This document shows positions 37,445 to 50,120 of a stretch of 64,000 nucleotides of DNA, piece after piece. Within the stretch, counting starts at the first letter, position 1. Each line of letters starts with the position of its first letter. The notes beneath the pieces were generated by a model, which saw nothing but the letters and a program-made list of their open reading frames with translations, did not search any database and was not told the DNA's origin. Made by a program: the position numbers and the translations under genes. Source of the DNA: Lama glama. Its lineage: Eukaryota. The DNA is taken from positions 42,906,001-42,970,000 of the forward strand of contig CM052816.1 of the NCBI GenBank assembly GCA_028534125.1. The letters are read 5' to 3'.

Positions 37445-37557
37445 ATAGTGACCAGTTTGTCCAGGACATTACTGTGTCTCAGTTTGTCCAGGACTTTCCT
37501 GCCTTTAGCAAGTAAAGTCCGGAGTCCTGGGAAGCCCCTCACTGGTTGGTCACCCTG
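37445..37557. mobile_element. MER94-like hAT-Blackjack MITE
   Basis: gtgaccag...ttggtcaccctg termini; internal tttagcaagtaaagtccggagtcctgggaagcccctca; 15-nt internal duplication cagtttgtccaggac (37453-37467 and 37480-37494). Confidence 0.7.
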
Positions 37558-38024
37558 TAGTCCTGTGGAATTTGATGTGAGCTGGGAGTTAGGACCTTGC
37601 AGGAAGTGGTGTTCTCTTGGACACAATATTACGATCTAGCGCAGGTCAAAGGAGGCACAATGGAAGCAAGTTTGAAAAGCATGGTTCACATAGGAGATTT
37701 ATTTTTCTCTCATTGCAATTTGGATTCCAGGATCCCTTAATTTAGATACAGAAGGAAAAAGCTATTACTACTGGGTTTTCAGATCACATTTTGGCATCAG
37801 GAGGCCAACATTCTGGTTCAGGGGACAGAGATAAAAGGATTAGAAATATGAGGAACAAGAGGTGGTTGAAGTGGTCTGGCTATGGGCTAGGTTTCTTCTA
37901 CGCTCCTGCCCCCAACCCCTTCCCTAAGAAGCTGTACAGTGATAGTAGGGCAGGACATAGAGAAAGATGATTTGCCTTTGAACCTGCCATAGTGGCTTTA
38001 AATTCTTCATTGAGACATTTAATC

Positions 38025-38497
38025 ATTTTTTTCTTTTTTAAAATTTAAGTATAGTTGGTTTACAATGTTGTGTTCATTTCTGGTGTACAGTACAGTGATT
38101 CAGTTATACATATATATTCCTTTTCAAATTCCTTGTCATTATAGGCAATTATCAAGTATTGAATATAGTTCCCTGTGCTATACAGTAAGATCTTGTTATT
38201 TATCTATTTTACATATAATAGTTAGTATCTGCAAATCCTGAACTCCCAGTTTATGCCTCTGCCATCTCCTCTCCCTATTGGTAACCATAAGTTTGTTGTC
38301 TATGTCTGTGAGTCTGTTTCTGTTTTGTAAATAAGTTCATTTGTATCATATGTTAGACTCCACATGTAAGTGATATATGATACTTGTCTTTCTCTGTCTG
38401 ACTTCACTTAGTATGACAGTCTCCAGGTCCATCCATGTTGCTGCAAATGGCATTATTTTATTCTTTTTATGATTGAATAGTATTCTATTGTGTATCT

Positions 38498-38537
<40 letters not shown>

Positions 38538-38562
38538 ATCTCACAACTTCTTTACCCAGTCA
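38025..38562 (-). mobile_element. L1 3' end (artiodactyl-type), 5'-truncated
   Basis: tttaagtatagttggtttacaatgttgtg...aatatagttccctgtgctatacagta...tccatccatgttgctgcaaatggcatta, flanked by a ttaatcatt direct repeat. Confidence 0.9.
38499..38534. repeat. (TATC)9 microsatellite inside L1
   Basis: Nine perfect TATC units. Confidence 0.95.
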
Positions 38563-39614
38563 TTAATCATTGTTTCTTGAAATGAGAGTTCATGGTCAAG
38601 TAAGTTTGGGAAACTTTCCCTCTGCTCCCTCCTCAGCATGTATTTTAGCATGTCAAACTGCTTAACTTTGTTTACAGTATTTCCAGTAGTTATATAACCA
38701 GGTAATCTTATTTTATTTTAAATTGGGAAATAATTATTACCATCCCAGGGAATTAGTGAACCACAGAACTTGCTTTCAGAAATACTGCTTCCAAAAGTTT
38801 GCTTCTGAGAATGATGCCGTGAGAAACTCAGAAAAGAATTTCCCTGGCAGTCTTTGAGAGGTCAATGGCGTCTTCACTGGTGGACTTCCACAACCAGAGG
38901 TATGGATTAGTGTCAATGCCAACTGCTCACGAGATTGGTCCCTCCACTAACACTCTGTTTAGACATTGGAATATCTGGCTTTTCAAAAAAGAAACATTGT
39001 TTTAATTTATTTGAGCTCTGCATGATTGAATCTTTGTGAATCTTCTCTTTAAAAAGACATTCAAAATCCAAAATCTAAAAAAAGAGACTAGTCTTTTAGA
39101 AATGCTAAAAACAAGAGAAGAGTTAAAAAGGCAAATATGAAAATTAAAATGGCCATTTGAAGATCAGAATATTTCAATTCAAAAAATTGTGGGTCAAAAC
39201 AGGCATTGAAATTCCTTCTAAAATTTGGACAGAGTTAAAAATAAAGATTGACAGGTTGAGTACGGGCCCACTGTGAAGAGATTGCTTTTCACTTGGGAAA
39301 ATGGTTGAACTAGTAAAATACAAATGTAGTTCCTACCTAAACACTACTTTTTCACTTGCAACCCTGTTGAAAGGGTAAAACACAGGAAAATTACTTTATA
39401 AATATTTTATAACCAGAAGACATTTTAGCTGAGCCACCTAAATAAACATAGCCTTTTAGGCTAAAAGCAATATACTCTCATTTAATATGATAGAAATAGG
39501 TCATCCATCATTACCTGGGAACAGTTATTTTGCACTGAATTTAGAAAAAGAGGGGGCTTTTTTCAGATGAGAGGAAACCACGGGTATTCATTAAGAATAC
39601 TTAGAAAGAGGGCA

Positions 39615-39835
39615 TATGGGGGGATAAATTAGGAGTATAGGATTAATAGATACACACTATTAAATATAAAATAGATAAGCAACAGGGATTTACTGTAGAG
39701 CAAAGGGAACTATATTCAGTATGTTTTAATAACCTATAATGGAAAAGAATATGAAAACAAAAAAACCGAATCACTTTGCTGTACACATGAAACTAAAACA
39801 ATATCGTAAATCAACTATATAAAAAAAGAAAAGAG
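39615..39835 (+). mobile_element. L1 3' end, 5'-truncated
   Basis: ggataaattaggagtataggattaatagatacacactat...gaatcactttgctgtacacatgaaact...aaatcaactatat plus an A tail. Confidence 0.88.
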
Positions 39836-40650
39836 AAAGGGTGTATTAATCTTTCAAGAATTCTCTGAAGATTTGTCTTGACTGAATTGTCCTTTCCAAG
39901 ATAAATGAAACACTGAAGAGGTTTGTTATCACTTGACTGAAGTCTTCTAGAAAAATAATTTCTCTCTAAAGGTTATGCGATACGGGGAAGTGAGTAGATA
40001 TATTGGTCTTAGGTGAACCTACGTGTTCTTTCTGGAGTTGTCACATGCATACACAGGACCATGCCTGGGGGAATTTGTGAATGGTCAGTTTTCCTTGGGG
40101 ATTTCCACATCCCTAAGAATATTTCTCTTCTGTGTCTTAGTATCTCCATAAGGGTCTAGCCTTTTAGGTCTCCAGTTGCCAGAGTCCCTTCTTTCATACT
40201 CCACCCTGACCTGCTTACATAATCCACTTCCTGCATCTTATTGAAACTTCAAATCTTACCCTTCTTCCTCTTTACAGGAGCAAAACTTTAGAAACAACTT
40301 AAATGTGCAACTATGAAAATTTTAAAAATAGATTCTGATGAAAAACAAATCAGTAATTAAAATGGTGATTTTGTTCACTAAGGAAATGTTAAGTGAAAAA
40401 AAAGATATAAATTCTTTATATAATCCATATATATATATATATATATATATGTAAATTCTACATATACATTCTTTATATTTGTATGTATACTTATTTTATG
40501 TAAGCATTCTCTACACACATTTAGAGATACATGCAGCACGGAAATGTTAACAGCACTCATCTCATGGTATAATTACAGTAGATTTTTGTTCATTCCAAAT
40601 TCCCCACAATGGATGTGTATAACATTCCCATTAAGCAAAAAAAAGTTTAG

Positions 40651-40807
40651 GGGGAGGGTATAACTCAAGTGGTAGAGCACATGCTTAGCATGCACGAGGT
40701 CCTGGGTTCAATTCCCAGTACTTCCTCTAAAAATAAATAAACCTAATTACCTCCCCCACTACCAAAATAAAATAAATACAATAATAAATAAATAAAATAT
40801 TTTTTAG
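40651..40807 (+). mobile_element. Camelid tRNA-derived SINE (Vic-1 type) with TSD
   Basis: ggggagggtataactcaagtggtagagcacatgcttagcatgcacgaggtcctgggttcaattcccagt..., flanked by aagtttag direct repeats (40643-40650 and 40808-40815). Confidence 0.92.
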
Positions 40808-41240
40808 AAGTTTAGAAATAATACAGCTATTTTCACTATGATTCATTTCTTTGAATCCCTGGTTTTTGCTAGAGGAACTGGATTTATTCATGCAATTTTG
40901 TTACTATGTGTGGCACAGACCTTGCATTTTGTGTCCCTCTGCTGATAAGCTCTGTGACCATCCTTGGACAAGGATGGTCCTTGACCTTCCATAGCCTCTC
41001 TGGGCCTCAGTCTTCTCATCAATAAAGAAGAGGTTTGGAGGAGACAGGTGAGCCCTGAGGTACATCTGGTGAGTGTGGTTGTGACTTCCCCAAGTAAGAT
41101 ATGGTCAGTTTACGGGGCATGTGCAATGATCCCAAGGAATACATTTAAATGATAAACATTCTTGTAACATAGCTGACGGTCTTATATGGGAATATTTGTT
41201 GCCCTATGGGTTTTTCAGGGCCTTACTTATGTCTCTAGGA

Positions 41241-41410
41241 CAGTGGTTCTCAAAAATTGAGCTGGCATCAGAATCACCGGGAGACTTGTTAGACTAGAGA
41301 ATGCTAGGCCCCAGCAGAGGAGTGTCTGAGTCAGTGGGTCTGGAGAGGGGCTGAAGAAATTGTGTTTAGAACAAGGCCCAGGTGATGCTAGTGGTCTGCA
41401 AGAACCAGCC
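41241..41410. mobile_element. MER5A hAT-Charlie MITE
   Basis: cagtggttctcaaa...gcatcagaatcaccggga...aacaaggcccaggtgatgcta. Confidence 0.85.
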
Positions 41411-44204
41411 TGAAGAAAATAAGTTGCTTATGGAAAGGCATTTCCCATATCTGTAAGTGTTTTGGATTTCTTTTTTTTCCCCTTTCCAAAATCCTTAGAA
41501 AACTGTTCTGAAGATTACTCAAGGATATCTCCAAGGTCCATTTTATTCTGAAATTTCACTTAAAAACAATGAAAATGTTAACCCTCTGGATGCTTTAAGT
41601 AGGACCAAATGAAGAGATGAATGAGAGGCTTGGGTCTGAGGGTGGGCTGAGGAACAGAGAGTGGATTGTATTACTTGACTGGAGTCTATTGCATGTAGAA
41701 GGCACACAGTTTCTTTGACCGAAGAATTAGATAAGAAAGTGAGATGGTTTTCTCTGTGGAGTATGTTTAACCTAAATAGCAAGGTGGGCTCAAGATGTCA
41801 CAGTTCCTTGATTGGTACTGGGTAAGTCCTCACAGATATTTTCTCCTATCTCATTACTCAGCTTATAGAGTTCATGGCAGCCTATGGGCATGTCCATCAG
41901 AGTTGGCAAACCCAGGCATGGATGCTGACGAGGCAGCCTCCTCTGCCTGTGGAACTAGCTCCCATTCCAGAAATAAATCATGTATTGTCCCTTCCCACAT
42001 CTTTTGCACACACTGCCCCATCTGCCTGGAGGGCCTCAGACTAAGCTACTTCTTCTCCATTGCTGTTGTTGTCCTCGTAGCCCTCTAAAAGTCACCTGAT
42101 CATGGATATTTTACTATCACGGGTCAAGTGATGTGCTTCTTCCGTGGAACTGGAAATATCTTGTTTACACAGCTGGTCTTAGATGCATTTCTGATCTCCA
42201 CAACCTAACAGAGCATCTGGCAAATGTTTTCTGTTGAAAATAGGGTCATGGATATTCACAGACAAAATTTTATCTTTAATGTAAGTAAAATGATCGTTAA
42301 AACAAGACTGCAACTCAAATCTAGGCAGAGTATGAAAGATCAAATCTCTTTGCACTTTCCTCATGTTCAAATTAAGAAACCAACAAACTTCCCCTAGTTT
42401 CCAACCACTTTCATTTCTCAGCCTCTCCTAGGATCTGTCTGCTCCAGGACTTCCAGAAATTTCAGGACTCCACCTTGGATTTCTCACTTGACTTCTCCCC
42501 TGTACTCTCTGAAGGAGATTCCTATTTGTTTTTTTTCTCCTTAAAGATAAAACACGGCCCCAATATTTCCACAAATAAATAAAATAGTGGGTAAAGTACT
42601 TGGTGCTTAGAAAGAAGCTTGAAGATATATGATGCTATGTTAGATTTTATTCTTGGTTTTAAAAGAAAGAATGACCTATTTCTCTCTATTTTGCTATCTA
42701 GCTATTTAAGCTAGCTAGCTATCCTTACATTTGTTCGTATGTATAGAAAATACTTGAAATGATGTTTACCTATTGTTAACTGTGGATAATTAAGATAGCG
42801 GGATTCAAGCAACTTTTAAAACACTGTTCTTTATCCTGTTCGGTATTGATTCTTTAAAAAATAAACATGTATTATTTTTGCAATTGCTATTCCAAAATAA
42901 TGAAAGAACGGACTGCCTCTAAAAGTATTTAGAAGATCCCATTACCCATCTAATGTCAAACCATGGGTTTATCTGTTCCGTTACTTAAAAGACACACATG
43001 TCAAGATTCATAGACTTAAGTTAACAAATCCAAGAGCAGGAAGGCAGCTTGTTTTCATGTATAAATAAATCCTGCTGAACTGAACTTTTGTGACTCTTCA
43101 ATCTGCAGTTACATTCTTTGGGGAAAGGAATCTGACACTATTACAGGTAGATCAAGGAGGGAGTTATTTCAGGCAGCCAAGGTGGTTCTGTCTTTAGAAT
43201 GAGTCAAGACAATGCTGTTTGTCAAGCTTTCCTAAAAAAGGCATGCAACCTCAGAGATGAGAAATCGAGCACAAGGTGGTCATGACCTGACTGAGACATG
43301 ATGAAGGGTTTTTGTTCTAAATGTGCTTGGTAGAGAATCTTTCAATTTTTTTTTCCTGGATGACTTTATGGGCTTTTAATGCTGCTATAGGCTAGCTAGA
43401 CGTCCTTGCTGGGGACAGGAAATTAAAATGGAAGTTTTGGCTGAACCCTCCAGTGATGGATTTCAGATAACAATATGAGCTATGAGATAGAGCACCCTAC
43501 AGGAATTTCCAAGTAAATGTCACAAAATCAGGCTCATGATTCTAACACATCTCATCTACCTCAAGGTAATAAAGGGTCCAGTTGTTGGAGATCAAAGAGG
43601 TTTTGTAAGGATTTCCTAGGAGATCAAGGTTTTAATGATAAAAGATTTATGTGTGTGTGGGGCGGGGGCATTTTCCCCACAGGCCAAGTCAAGAGAAAGG
43701 GGCTTCAGGGCTTCCATGGGATCACATAGACAGTTTGATATGTGTCCCCTTTAGTGAAGACACGGTGAACTGATGTCTGACTGTTGTCTAGGAAATGTTC
43801 AGGATGAGAGATGGGTTGACTTCTTGCTGTGGTCTGATTGAGTCTATGGGCTGGGATAAAAGGCATGTGCCAGTGTGGGAGGGAATGGAGATGACCTGGA
43901 GGCAGAGATCTGTGGGCCCAGTTTGGGTTAGTGGTGGAATATCCTACCTCAGAAAGTGAAATCCCACGTGGGCAATACCATTCCAGCACTAAGATTCATT
44001 CTAAGCCATGGCCTGCTCTAAACCAGGAATGACAGGCCAAAGGCAGGATAAAAGAGCAGGTCTGTCAAGTCACGAGTTTGTAAGGTAAGTTAAGATATGG
44101 TTGAGATGAGTCAGAATTGTGGCACTGGTTCCTTCAAGTTTCCATGTGTGACTTTTTAACATAATGACCAAAACATTGATTGGTCCCATTCCTGCTGGAG
44201 AAAG

Positions 44205-44223
44205 CAGTGCCCCCTAGCGGAAA
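44205..44223 (-). promoter_or_regulatory. CTCF-type motif
   Basis: Minus strand TTTCCGCTAGGGGGCACTG, near-consensus core with a retained CpG. Confidence 0.65.
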
Positions 44224-45279
44224 TGAAAATAACAACATTGAAGAATAATAAACATTGAACCAAGCAACCAATAAACAAAACAGCTTGCATCACCAAATGT
44301 TAAACAAATTTAAGGAATATCAGTTAGAAGGTGGGGACAGATGGTTAGTTTGATCTGGGACACCCACATGTCATAGTTAATCTTGTGCCTGGGACTGTTG
44401 ACTCATATAGTTTGGTCCTAAGGTCACTCCTCTTCCTTTGTGGAGTCTTATCCCTAAAACCTATCCCACATCCTACTTGCCTCATGGAGAAAACACAAGA
44501 CTACAGTACTTCAAGTACAGATAGTAAAATTGGCAAGTCATAAGCCCTATTTTATTTAAGTCAATTAAAAATATAACTGAGTTTGATGGATTTCCAGTTC
44601 CAACTAGAAGTTGTTTATAAAGAACCAGGAAAGAATGAGTCTGTTGACACATGTGATTTGAGAAGACAGGATGTGAATCAGCCATTACATCTTGGATATG
44701 GTGACTGTGACAAATATTTTCAGCATAGTTACTATAAAATTTAAGTTAAATATAAACTTACTCTATATCTTATCATCGTAAAATTGAATGTTTTTACTAT
44801 GAAGGAACTTCAGTTTTCCTAGAATATTGAGGTGCTGATTTGAGCTGTTGTTGACCTGTAAGTTCCAAACCAGAGTATGATAAATATATAGAAACCCAAT
44901 TTATTAGAATGTTTGTTGCAGAAAACTAAGTTTTTTCTAAAATTGAAAATTGTTTTTCTTAACCATAGGAGGTTAAGTGATAGATAACAGATGGTATTAT
45001 TAATCTAGCTCAAATGAACTCAGTCAGAAAAAGGGCTGAGTAGATATTCTTAAAATTAGGAATATAGTTAAAGGCATACCTCTTCTTTGTGATATTTACT
45101 TACAACTAAAATAGTCTAACACAGTAACTTTGAAACACTGAGAATCTCAATTTCTTTTCTATAGCTGATGGTAAACTTTACCCCTATTGATTCCACCAAG
45201 TCTCCTCCAAGGGTGGGAGCAGTAATAGAACTGACCTTGAAACCTAGAGGACTTTCTTGACTCATATGGGCCTCTCTAC

Positions 45280-45760
45280 TTGTCTATTGTTCAGAATTAT
45301 CTTCTTAGTAATTTATAGAAAATTCAACTCAAAATGACTCCAGCAAAGGAACTTAGTAGCTCCCACAACTATAAATTCTAGGTAATATGTGAGGCAAGAT
45401 CCAGTGGTCAGAAGATGCCAACAGGATGGGGTCACTCAATCCTGGTTCTGCTTCCTCTGTGTTGGCTTTATTGTCAGATGGCTTCTTCCCAAGGGTAGTC
45501 AGATGTCTACTAGCAGGTCTAGATTTTCATTTGATCCGTTTAGCAATCTCAGTGGAAAGAGAGCTTTCCCCACAATTCCAGTACAAGTTCTGGATCTGAA
45601 GATTTTGGGTTCTGATTGGCCCAGATTGGTCCATCCTAAACCAATCAGTATTTCAGAGGGATGCAGGGTTCCAACTGGCAAGGGTAGGGTTACATGTAGC
45701 CTCCCTGTCAAAGAGAGGGAGTCAGATAGACCTAGAGTGTGTAGATGTGGGCTTGGGGGC
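45280..45760 (-). mobile_element. Old MaLR LTR (MLT1K/L-like)
   Basis: ctgcttcctctgtgttggctttattgtcaga...tctgattggcccagattggtc...aaaccaatca. Confidence 0.55.
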
Positions 45761-45924
45761 AGTGGGAATGTTTCCAGTAAGGAAAAGATCTCCCTCATAT
45801 ATGTACAGCCTTCTCTCATTCCTTTCCTCCTGCGTGGAGTTTTTCAGTGTGTACCCACTGTGACTTCACACTATGCCTGACCCTCTATCTTCTCCATTTC
45901 TTCTTTATACCTAAGCGCCCTAAC

Positions 45925-46102
45925 CTCATAATCATAGCCCCACATTTGAAGTCACATGGGGCACTTTAACTTTAAAATTTAACGGTGGCTAGGCCCTATC
46001 CCTGAGTTTCTGATTCAGTTGATCTAAGGTAGAGCCCTTTTGGCTGTGTCTTGTAAAATTTTCCTAGGGGATTTTAATGTGCAGGCAGGGTTGAGAACTG
46101 CT
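45925..46102. mobile_element. MER5-like MITE
   Basis: gtttctgattcagttgatctaaggtagagccc...ggggattttaatgtgcaggcagggttgagaactgctg. Confidence 0.7.
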
Positions 46103-46539
46103 GCTGATTAAACTTGATGCTGAGAAGCATCTGTCTGTTGTCCACACAGAGCAAGATGAAGTGTGAGTGCTAACCCTCCCTGGCTATTGCATTTACCCAT
46201 GCAAGCATGCTGCTAAAGGAATGAAGCACTAATGATGTCATGTCAGTCACTTACCAAGACAGAGAAAACAGCTGGAAAAGTGTCAAGGCCTTCTCATTAC
46301 TCCTGAAACAATATGAGAAGGATCGCTCATTTTTCCCTCACATATGGTTTACCAGGTTTATAATTAACTTGACTGAGATGAGCTACCAACTGGATGCTGT
46401 TCATTGATTTTGAGAATAAGAGATGCTTTAAAGTGCAGGTGTGTGTATGTATGTTTGTGTGTATGTTTCCTTCACCAAAAAAAGTATTCTCTTAAAGAGG
46501 AAGAAATCTTCTGTGCTGCTGGGTTTTTTTTAAAAACTT

Positions 46540-46780
46540 TTTTTTGAAAATTTAATTTTTTATTGAAGTGTAATTGATTTACAATGGTAGTTTCAGGTAT
46601 ACAACAAAGTGATTCAGTTATACACACACACATATATACAGATATATTTTCAGATTCTTTTCCATTATAGTTTATTACAAGGAATTGAATATAGTTCCCT
46701 GTGCTACACAGTAGGTCCTTGTTGTTTATCTGTTTTATATATAGTAGTGTGTATCTGTTAATCCAAACTCCTGGTTTTAT
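46540..46780 (-). mobile_element. L1 3' end, 5'-truncated
   Basis: tttttattgaagtgtaattgatttacaatg...aatatagttccctgtgctacacagtaggtccttgttg. Confidence 0.9.
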
Positions 46781-48239
46781 ACAGATCCTTTTTGCATTTT
46801 CTCTGCCACAGGATTGAATTGTCATTGCTTGGCTCTCACAAATCAAGTTGTATATTTTCTGCTACATGAATCATTATAAACAACAGCTTTGGGAAGGCAT
46901 TCTAGGGCCAGTAATTATACTGATGAAACAGAAAGACTGTATTCCAAGTGAGGTTAATTTTAGCAGAAGTCAGATAAAAGTGTTGTCGGCTAACAGCAAA
47001 CAAGCTGGCAATAAAACCAAAATCACAGGTGCCAGTGACTTGTTTGGGCTGAGCAGTACCCAGGGTCACCACAGAAAGACAGACTGGACCTTCTGGCAGG
47101 CTTACATTGCTTAAAAATTTGAAGGAGACACATTGAGTTGATTATATAACAATCCTGAGAAATCACAATTAAAAAGTAGTCCTTAATTAGAAATGTGACT
47201 GAAAATACAGAATGCTAATAAATTAAAGTCTCTATGTGTATATGTGTGTGTATGTGCATGTGTACGCATGTGAGAGTGAGTGTGGGAGTGAGGAGAGGCT
47301 CACAGACCTATGTAGTTGGTAACTGACCAAAACGTTTATTTGTTTCTCTACAAAATAAGCTATTCTGTGAAAAAAATTCCTAAATGGAGAAAAAAAAGTT
47401 GCATCTTATCATGAAAGCAATTTAGATGTCTTTAAAAAAATCCATGTTTAAATTTTGTTCAGAATTCTGTTTTCTATGAAGAATGCCATTCTTTTAGGAA
47501 ATCACTTGGGCTTCGTATAGCCAGTGTCACAACTTAGTTTGTAGAAAGGAGTGTGACTGGATAATTAAACAAATGAGTTCTTCTGAGAAAAAAAATTAAG
47601 GCTAAAAACACAGAAGTATTAATTGGTAAAGAAGTCTGCATCTGAAGAGAACTTCAGCATAAGGAGGAAAAGTGCAGTTATGTTCTCATTGGAAAGATGC
47701 CATGTGTAGCTTTTCTTTTTTTCTCATGTGGAAAAAAGCGGAAATTCTGACTGCAAAAAGCTTGAGTACAAAATAAGGCTTTTCCTATGGTTAGTTTAAA
47801 TCAATTAAGCCAGGGTAATATACTGACTTGGCATCTAATCTAGAGATTAGAAATCAGTTGACAGATAAAAATTTTATTAGTAAAAAAACCCATTCAATAT
47901 ACCTTAATCAAAAAGAGAAGGAATTGAACCATGGTACTGAGCTGTTTGTGGGGGAAGCACTGTTTCAGAATCTACTGGATAAGGGATCTTTAAGGCTATC
48001 ACTAGGGGCCTGGTCCTCCCCACACTCGCCCACACATCTGTTCATTCCTTGGTTCTGACTGTTCCAGACAGTCTTGAATCTGCTTCAGTCTCTTCCCGTG
48101 TGTCAGGCAAGATGACCACTGACAATGTCTTAGATAAACAACAATGATTAAAGAGATTTAATTTCTCAACATCTGCATATCAACCTTAGGAAATTCTTTA
48201 CTTGTCTATGATTGGGCTATATGTTCATTCTTTGAAAAA

Positions 48240-48653
48240 GCTTTGCAGCTCTCCGAGGTGCCAGGCGGAGCTGTGGGAGCCATATTACCCAGCAGGCTCT
48301 GCGACAAGAGGCGGTAGCTCTGGGCCAATGGCAGCGCAGGACTGGGATCCCGTGTAAGGGGCGACTTCAGGCAGCGTCCTCGTGGCACTCGCATTGGCTG
48401 CGTCTGGGTCTTTCTTTCCTCTGAATCACTGTTCCGCAGTCTTGAGCAGACTCAAGGCCCAGGAGCAGGGATCCTGGGGAAGAGGCTTCCTCCCCGCCCT
48501 GCACAGAGGCAGGGCCGAGTGTAGACTAGGCGGTGGAGTGGAGTCTGCTGAGCCGTGGGGACCCTCTCTGGTCTCCCACCTTGCACCCCCTGGGTCCCTG
48601 CAGAGGGTTCAATGGCGGCGGCAGAGGCGCAAATGGACCCGACACTGGTGAGT
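48240..48653 (+). promoter_or_regulatory. CpG-containing promoter-like block with a candidate first exon and donor site (KRAB-ZNF 5'-end-like)
   Basis: ZNF143/SBS-like TTACCCAGCAGGCTCTGCG (48285-48303), CCAAT (48325-48329), ATTGG (48393-48397), GC box CCCCGCCC (48492-48499), and ATGGCGGCGGCA...CTG|GTGAGT (48612-48653). Confidence 0.6.
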
Positions 48654-49259
48654 GGATGGCCCCTCAGGCCCTCTGGACCCCTAGCCATGTAGTCCTGGCA
48701 CCCCATGTGGAGAATAGTGTAGTCTTGGATGTCTTCACTTCCTCTAATGCTGCCTTTGAGTCTGAGGGCTGTGGAGGATGGTCAGTCAGTACCAGCCAGG
48801 CGTCCTGAATTCAGGCAGGGGTTGATCTGCAAGGTTCTCAACTCAGTAAAGCAATCAGCTGTGGAGGCGTGTCCCAGGCACATGAACCACTAGGTGAAAA
48901 TGCTGGGAGGTGAGGCCCAGCCGAGTGGAATTGCGGATCTCCATTTTGTGTGTTGGGAACAGAATGCACCGAGAAGTCAGGTCTGGAACAGCAAGCTGAG
49001 GAGTTGGGCCTCTTTTTACGTTGGTGGGAACCGTGGAGGATTTGGAGGAGAGGAGGGAAGGCATCTGTTTCAGGTTTTAATAGGCTTCTCTTGCCATAGA
49101 GTTGAGAGCAGACAGGGTGAGAGAAGTCAGCATGAGGGAGGGGGCTCCCTGCAACCCTTCAACATACGTGAAACCCTCTGTTCCACATAAGTATCTTCAG
49201 CCATCCTCCCAGCCCAAGTGTGTACTGCAGGTGTGCAAAACGAGTTTCGGAGCCCACGG

Positions 49260-49450
49260 TCTGGGTTCAGCTCCAGGCTGTGCCAATGCCCAGTAGCAGG
49301 AAAGTGTGCTAAGTCCAGAGCCCCTCAGTTTCCTCAGCTGTGAAGTGGGGTTAATCGCAGCATCTTCTCTCCGGGGTGACTGGGCGTGAAACCACTAAAT
49401 GCAGCACCGTGCACCCAGGGAATGCTCCAGAAATGCTGGTTGTGGCTATT
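49260..49450 (+). mobile_element. MIR SINE
   Basis: ctgggttcagctccaggct...cctcagtttcctcagctgtgaagtgggg. Confidence 0.6.
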
Positions 49451-50120
49451 CCTTACTCTGATTTCTAGGGTCCAAGGAGCCCTTTTCCCTGGTCTTGTCC
49501 TTTCAGCAGTACAAGCAGGAGAGAAATGGAACATCTCCGAATCCCCTCTGTCCCTGTGCCATCTGAATGGACTAAGCCTTAGTAAGGAGTTCATGTAACA
49601 TGGGAATTTCAGCGTGCATTCTAACCATGCCCTTCCCAGGGCTGTTATCCTAAGCAAGTCTTGTCGGTGCCCTTGTCTTCCATCTCTTGGGGTTAATGAG
49701 AATAGTAACATTTCCTCCCCTTGGCTTGAGGTGATCAGAGAAGGCACATGTGTGGTATGTGTTCCCTAGTATCCAGCACTGGCCAGGTAGCATCACTCTA
49801 GATGCTTCTCTGGGAACAGAGGCCCTTGTCCTGTGATGATCTTAGGGGCTCACCCAGGGGACTCAAGCCCTGAGGTTTCCTGGGTCTTGGGCCTGAATCT
49901 AGTTGAGGCTTTGGGGAAGAGGGAGAGCCTGGGGACAGATGCACTGTGGGTGCAGTATTTTTGGAATGACCGCTCCTCTGCTCAAAGGGCTCTTGGGCAG
50001 GCTGGGGGCCAGGAAGTTCACTGGATTCATGTTTGCAGTTGCCATGTATTCAAAATATGCAAAATGCAAAAGTGTCTTGCTGCTCACAGCAATAAAGTCA
50101 TTTTTCTCTTTAAGACACTT

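Noticed and set aside
40651..40725. tRNA gene-like sequence (also near 33600 and 50125)
   Set aside because: The A and B boxes belong to SINE heads with A-rich tails and a TSD; there is no proper acceptor stem.
45389..45880. 163-aa ORF
   Set aside because: It lies largely in an old MaLR LTR and has no recognisable domain.
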